From assembly GCA_964016885.1 (NCBI GenBank), contig OZ024751.1:20708001-20772000 (forward strand): a stretch of DNA of 64,000 bases, given 5' to 3'. Numbering within the stretch: position 1 is the stretch's first letter; each line of letters opens with the position of its first letter. Position numbers and translations under genes: made by a program. The notes beneath the pieces were generated by a model. That model was not told the DNA's origin and ran no database searches. It saw only the letters and a program-made list of their open reading frames with translations. This document shows positions 57,444-64,000 of the stretch, in pieces. The stretch comes from Eledone cirrhosa (lineage: Eukaryota).

Positions 57444-57917
57444 AGCTCTTAAGAGTCAATGGCCATCCAAAATCACCGGGAGAGATGACCCCTTTAGCCT
57501 TAGTCAAGGCAGAATTCTAGGAGAAGGAAAACTCTGATATAACACCTGCAACCCTGATGGTATCCAATGATGTTGACTTGTTCTTCTTTTTGGTAAATAG
57601 CATCTTGGTTAAGAGAGTGGGACTGGCTTTGTGCAGTGCCTTTGCTCACTATAAAAGCTTCACGGCACAGGCATTGCTTTATATCTGGAGATCTCTCTGC
57701 ACTTGTCCTCACATGGGCCCAGCACTATGTGTCAATAATTGTCCTACCATGGGCCTAGCACTATGTGTCAATGATTGTCACAGGTGTAGTGTTTGTACCA
57801 GAGGTTTCAAGTCGCTGGCTGGACTAAAAAGTCACACTCGTTCAGCGCTTCGGTAGGGGTTATCATACATGGATGTAAAGTAGTGGCCGTACTCGAAAAC
57901 GAGTTGGCAGCCACCAT
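57444..57917 (+). mobile_element. Full-length bipartite RTE derivative with ~35-bp TSD
   Basis: tatgtatgtaagtatatttaaatgtaagagtgtgt lies on both sides. Confidence 0.82.
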
Positions 57918-58151
57918 ATATGTATGTAAGTATATTTAAATGTAAGAGTGTGTGTGTAGGTCTGTCAGTGAGTGTGTTTTCTCACTTCACACAAACAAGC
58001 TGGAAATGAATGACATCAACAGGAAAATTACAAAATGAAATAACGAACGAAATCATTAAATTTTTTAAAACGTTATTAAAAGTACAGTATCGAAATAAAA
58101 CCAATTTAATTATATATATATATATATTTATATATATATAATATAATATGA

Positions 58152-58197
<46 letters not shown>

Positions 58198-58203
58198 ATA
58201 TGA

Positions 58204-58245
<42 letters not shown>

Positions 58246-58251
58246 ATATGA

Positions 58252-58333
<82 letters not shown>

Positions 58334-58547
58334 ATATATTTATTAAAATAACAGATTAAAGTTTAAGCAAAGATATACATTATAATATAATATATATCTT
58401 TAATATGATATATATCTTTAATATGATATTATAATATATATATATAATATATAATTATATATATATAATATATAATATATATATAATATATAATTATATA
58501 TATATAATAAATATATATTATATATATATATATATAATATATTATAT

Positions 58548-58581
<34 letters not shown>

Positions 58582-58623
58582 ATATATATATATATATAAT
58601 ATAATATAATATAGTATATATAG

Positions 58624-58654
<31 letters not shown>

Positions 58655-59242
58655 ACATATATATATATATATATATATAAATTATATGCATAAATTATAT
58701 ATATATATTTATATATATATTAAAATTTTAGAAAATTTATTGCAGAAATGAAATTGGTAGTCATAAAATGTGATATGATAATAATATAAAAATGATATTA
58801 CGATGAAAGAAAGGTGATTTTGCTAGTAATAAAAATGTAATGTCAACAAAATATAAAAATGTCATTGAAACAATATAAAATTCATATATAAAAATGATAT
58901 ATAAGTGATACCATAACAAAGGAAATATGGTGTTGTTAGTCATAAAACATGATATTATGAATATATAAAAATCATATGAAATAAACTTGAAATAAAAAAA
59001 CTATATTGAAAATATGAAAATATAAACAAATGACTTACGATATGTAATTGAAAAAAAAATGTATTAAAATAGAAAGTCTTGCATTCACTTTCTCTTTAAA
59101 GAAAACAGATTAAAAATGGAAGGTGATTAAAATAAATATTGTAGCTGCTGCTGTTGATTATCACCACCAGCACCACCACCACCATCATCACCACAACCAT
59201 AATCAGCATTACCACCATCAGCATTACCACAATAAAAACACC

Positions 59243-59276
<34 letters not shown>

Positions 59277-59624
59277 CCACTAACACCCACTACAACCACC
59301 ACCATAATCACCACCACCATCATCCTCATAACCACCACCACCACCACCACCACCACCACCACCACCATCATCATTATTACCACTAACACCCACCATGACT
59401 ACCACTAACACCACTATCATCATCGTTTATTAACACCACCACTACGATTACCACCACCACCATCATCAACATCATCATCACCACCACCACCATCACCATC
59501 ACCATCACCACCACCGCAGCCACAATCATCACTATCATCATCACCACTAAACACCCACCATGACTACCAGTACCACCACTAACATCATCAATACTAACAC
59601 CACTACAACCTGCGCCCCCACCAA

Positions 59625-59788
59625 GATATTCTCATAGATTAACCAAATCAGGTTTATTTTTCAACATAGTCCCTGGAAAGAGACAATGTAATTATTAATA
59701 AAAAGATTTGAAATCAATGCATGCAAGATTTCACAGCTCTATCATCACTCCTTCATAGTCAGCCTATGAAATTTTCAACTGACCCTCG
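59625..59788. mobile_element. Mariner-like terminal fragment
   Basis: Ends aaattttcaactgaccctcg|TA. Confidence 0.55.
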
Positions 59789-60384
59789 TATATAATATAT
59801 TGAACTCCTGCGCATTAGGTGATCGTAAGCTATGTTTGATCCTAGCCTCAAGGTACTGCAGAGTGAGATCAAATGTAGGACTATATAATTGAAAAAATGA
59901 AATATTTAATTACACCCTTAGTTTTGCTAATTAACAAGTTCTATAATTGATTTTTCGGCTATAATGAGTCCTTCCAGCAACGCAAAGCTTCAACGTCTAG
60001 ATAAAGTTTAAAGATTTACGCAGTTTCGTGTAGTCAAGCAGTAGGTTTTCGGTTTCACATATGGAATGTGAATAAGTCATTATAAGCAAGAGGTCTCAAC
60101 TAACTGAAACTAATAAATAAACTTGTTATGAAAGAACTTAGAAACGTGGATTATTTTTTTCCTTTTAATTTTCAAACTGTCAGAAACACGAAAAAGAAAC
60201 AGAACACAGAAAAAGAAAAAAGACTTAGGCGTAGTGTCGGTCACCCTCTTTCCTTCACCCTTTTCTTTTTTTTCGATGCCTAACAATCCTTGCTCTTTCC
60301 CTCCTTTTCCTCTGATTTATAGCATTTATAGTCCTTTTCAATACTACTTTCTCTTACTATATGGTTGACTAAATATTAAACTCC

Positions 60385-60433
<49 letters not shown>

Positions 60434-60845
60434 GCACAAACATTTCATAACTTCCATTCTGAATAATATTTTATTAACTAGTAAAAATATAAAAAAAATG
60501 CCATTACAAAGCTTCCGCATTATGTTAACAGTTGTTAAGATTAGTTTAGGATATTTGAGTCACACACTGAAGTAACATAAGATAATTAGTGGGTTAAATA
60601 GTCAACCTAGTTTCATTTTTTTAATGGATGCCATTTTAAAAATCACTTACACGTAGTTAAAATGTATGTATGTATAAATAAACTACTGGTGGAGTCATAG
60701 TGATATACGGCGTATCTTGGACATGTATTTAAAACTGGCGGAGCCAATCTCCTCTCTCCAGGTCTGAATATAGCTGATATCTTTCAAAGAAAGCGAGAGG
60801 GTGTGTGTGTATGATAGAGAGAGATACCAACAGGTAGACATATAT

Positions 60846-60921
<76 letters not shown>

Positions 60922-61248
60922 CGGGTGAGAGTAATAGAGAGAGATGTGGTTACATATGGCGTATCTTGGTCATTTTAAAACTGGCGGAGTCCTTCTCCTC
61001 TCTCCAGATCTGAGTATAGCCGATTTCTCCCGAAGAAGAAGAAGAGATAGATAGATAGAGTGAGAGAGGGAGATATCAAAAGGATGAAAAGAAAATTTGA
61101 CCTCAACAGGATTTCAACTCATTAAGATAAGACATGAACATTACTGTTCTATTTTACTAATCTCCTGATGATCTAACGATGAATCAGTTACAGGGGAGTT
61201 CAACTGTCTAGAATTATATATAATAGCTTTGGCTATACTATATAGAAA

Positions 61249-61384
61249 GGCGGCGAATTGACAGAGTCGTTAGAACGTCGGATAGAATGGTTTATGGTAC
61301 TCGATCCGGCTGTCTGCTCTCAGAGTTCAACCCCCCCCCTTTCATTCTTTCGAGGTCGATAAAAAAAGTACCAGTCTAGTACTG
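61249..61384 (+). mobile_element. Diverged SINE
   Basis: ggcggcgaattgacagagtcgttag...gagttcaa...ttcattctttcgaggtcgataaaa. Confidence 0.7.
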
Positions 61385-62328
61385 TACTATATCTCTTTCT
61401 CATTTCCTCTCCCTCACTTTCTATCTTTCTCTAGAAGACCTAGTACTGTACTATATCTCTTTCTCATTTCCTCTCCATCACTTTCTATCTTTCTCTAGAA
61501 GACCTAGTACTGTACTATATCTCTTTCTCATTTCCTCTCCCTCACTTTCTATCTTTCTCTAGAAGACCTAGTACTGTACTATATCTCTTTCTCATTTCCT
61601 CTCCCTCACTTTCTATCTTTCTCTAGAAGACCTAGTACTGTACTATATCTCTTTCTCATTTCCTCTCCATCACTTTCTATCTTTCTCTAGAAGACCTAGT
61701 ACTGTACTATATCTCTTTCTCATTTCCTCTCCCTCACTTTCTATCTTTCTCTAGAAGACCTAGTACTGTACTATATCTCTTTCTCATTTCCTCTCCCTCA
61801 CTTTCTATCTTTCTCTAGAAGACCTAGTACTGTACTATATCTCTTTCTCATTTCCTCTCCCTCACTTTCTATCTTTCTCTAGAAGACCTAGTACTGTACT
61901 ATATCTCTTTCTCATTTCCTCTCCATCACTTTCTATCTTTCTCTAGAAGACCTAGTAATGTAATATATCTCTTTCTCATTTCCTCTCCATCACTTTCTAT
62001 CTTTCTCTAGAAGACCTAGTACTGTACTATATCTCTTTCTCATTTCCTCTCCATCACTTTCTATCTTTCTCTAGAAGACCTAGTAATGTAATATATCTCT
62101 TTCTCATTTCCTCTCCCTCACTTTCTATCTTTCTCTAGAAGACCTAGTACTGTACTATATCTCTTTCTCATTTCCTCTCCCTCACTTTCTATCTTTCTCT
62201 AGAAGACCTAGTAATGTAATATATCTCTTTCTCATTTCCTCTCCATCACTTTCTATCTTTCTCTAGAAGACCTAGTACTGTACTATATCTCTTTCTCATT
62301 TCCTCTCCCTCACTTTCTATCTTTCTCT
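61376..62328. repeat. 64-bp minisatellite, ~15 near-identical copies
   Basis: tagtactgtactatatctctttctcatttcctctcc(c/a)tcactttctatctttctctagaagacc at 61377, 61441, 61505 ... 62273. Confidence 0.95.
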
Positions 62329-62723
62329 GGAACAAATCAGCTGTACCCAGGCCTGGAGAGGGATGGGCTCCGCCAGGCTTAAAATCATTAAGAAACGTTG
62401 TATGTCAATATGGCGTTCCTATGACTCTATCAGGAGTTACGGGATCATAAATACATATATAGAAACTACGTAATTTGGCAGCTACAGCTTGATGACGAAT
62501 GTCTTCCCCCATCGGGTGGCTGATGTGGTCTGGTTACGTAAGCCGAGTTTGAGAAAATGAATGATCAGCGTTTGATTTGCCGAATTAAGAAGGGTGTGTA
62601 CGGTTTAGTTTGGAAGAAGTTATACGTACGGGTTGGCTTTTGGTTTAGGGTGTTTGCTGGCGTTTTATGGGCTGATTGGAGCAATAACGGTCTTATTTAC
62701 ATACACACACACTCCCCCCCCCC

Positions 62724-62799
<76 letters not shown>

Positions 62800-62801
<2 letters not shown>

Positions 62802-62905
62802 CCGAGGTTAACTTTGCCTTTCATCTTTACGGGGGTCGATAAAATAAAGTACCAGTAATGTACTGGTTAGTTGCTGGCCTTGTGCCAAAAGTGGAAACAA
62901 GTATT
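62800..62905 (+). mobile_element. 5'-truncated SINE
   Basis: Core and (ATT)n tail. Confidence 0.85.
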
Positions 62906-62947
62906 ATTATTATTATTATTATTTATTATTATTATAACAATATCTAT

Positions 62948-63283
62948 CTAGGGCGGGTAAAATTCCCGAGATCCATGGACGAGTTCTCTCCAGTGGTCTC
63001 TGTCCCTCATCATCGCTGCCATGTCCTGTGTCTCCAACAGACCAGTGTCTGTCCTTAGGGCATCAACATACGTTAACCTTGGTCTTCCTCTTCCAGTGTG
63101 TCCATGTAGGGGCTCCCACAGGAGCACTGAGTGCAATGTCAACTCTGGATGTCGGTGAGCATGTCCAGCTAACCTCACTCTCCTCTGTGTCACTTTTGAG
63201 AGGCTCCCATACAGCTCTGAGTTTTTCATCCTCAGTGTATACTGATTAATGTTCAGAGCCATCCTCAGCATTCTCGTGTCATA
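62948..63283 (-). pseudogene. RTE-clade LINE 3' end
   Basis: YDTRMLRMALNI...LAGHAHRHPE...GRGRPRLTYVD...DRDHWR. Confidence 0.87.
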
Positions 63284-63406
63284 TTTGGGGAGGGTTATAT
63301 TGTTATACCCATCCAGATGGTGGATGGGTATAACAATATGACCCTCTCCAAATATGACAATATTTGTTTCAACACACGATTTCATATAAAAACCCTTGCA
63401 AAACAA

Positions 63407-63408
<2 letters not shown>
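63277..63408 (+). mobile_element. Miniature fold-back related to the Neptune-like element terminus
   Basis: Hairpin 63277-63359. The tail gtttcaacacacgatttcatataaaaacccttgcaaaacaaa matches 17764-17803. Confidence 0.75.
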
Positions 63409-63456
<48 letters not shown>

Positions 63457-63458
<2 letters not shown>

Positions 63459-63631
63459 TCGACCCCAGTACAGTACTGGATTGGACTAGAACATTATTTA
63501 ATGACGGTCTCGAAAGGATGAAAGGTAAAGTTGACCTTGGTAGGATTTGAACTCCCAGAGTGCAGCGAGCCGGAACGAATACCACAAATCATTTTACCCG
63601 ACGTTCTAACATCTCTGCCAAATTCACCGCC
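63457..63631 (-). mobile_element. Diverged SINE
   Basis: Reverse core aaaggatgaaaggtaaagttgacc...gatttgaactc. Confidence 0.78.
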
Positions 63632-64000
63632 TCTACATTTTCTTTACTAAGTCTTCTAACCATTCTCATCACCCCATCTCTCCTCTCCCACATCCGCCAT
63701 CAAATAATTGAATTAATCCAAGGTTAGAAGTACTTTATTATAAACAATATATTAATTATTTAAATAGAATTAATTAACAACTTCTAAAGAATTTTTTAAT
63801 TAATGTATTCTTGTGTTCTGTGGTGTTTTACTTAAGTTACAACATCCAGGTACTTCTAATAGTGCAACTTCTAATTAACAGGGTGTCGGTGTGACTTTGT
63901 TTAGGGTGGCAGGGTAGCATAGGTAGCATGGTGGCAGGGTGGCAAGGCAGGGCAGTGTGGAGGGAGGTAGGGTGACAGGGGGTAGTGGGGTGGTGATGGA

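Noticed and set aside
59880-60700. Apparently unique AT-rich stretch, possible host UTR or enhancer
   Set aside because: No ORF, splice pair or motif I can support without alignments.
61376-62328. CRISPR-like regular array
   Set aside because: No unique spacers, the whole 64-bp unit is repeated, and the context is eukaryotic.

Overview
Eukaryotic, AT-rich, repeat-saturated DNA. The SINE families and extreme (TA)n/(TG)n/(GGT)n load suggest a cephalopod, probably an octopus (inference). I found no host-gene exon, and nearly all long ORFs are microsatellite read-throughs. Recognisable content: a tRNA-headed SINE family (>15 copies), decayed non-LTR retrotransposons (L1/Tx1 APE, RTE 3' ends, HERO-like RLE), bipartite non-autonomous RTE derivatives, mariner fragments/MITEs, minisatellites and a 200-N gap. 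The main signal the ORF track misses is a dense Penelope-like element (PLE)/ribozyme landscape. Reading both strands by eye, I count 21 minimal type I hammerhead ribozyme (HHR) motifs with an intact CTGAnGA-stemII-GAAA-short stemIII-TH core, plus one U3-A8 compensatory variant and several half-motifs. Most lie in short non-coding fold-back elements of the form (TA)n-arm-loop-inverted arm-unique tail-(TA)n, from several unrelated families whose tails share a GAGYRCT motif. One copy still carries a Neptune-like RT + GIY-YIG pseudogene in its loop. A separate family forms 1.4-1.5-unit tandem, retrozyme-like repeats with an octamer motif upstream of the HHR. Coordinates were counted manually and may be off by a few bases.
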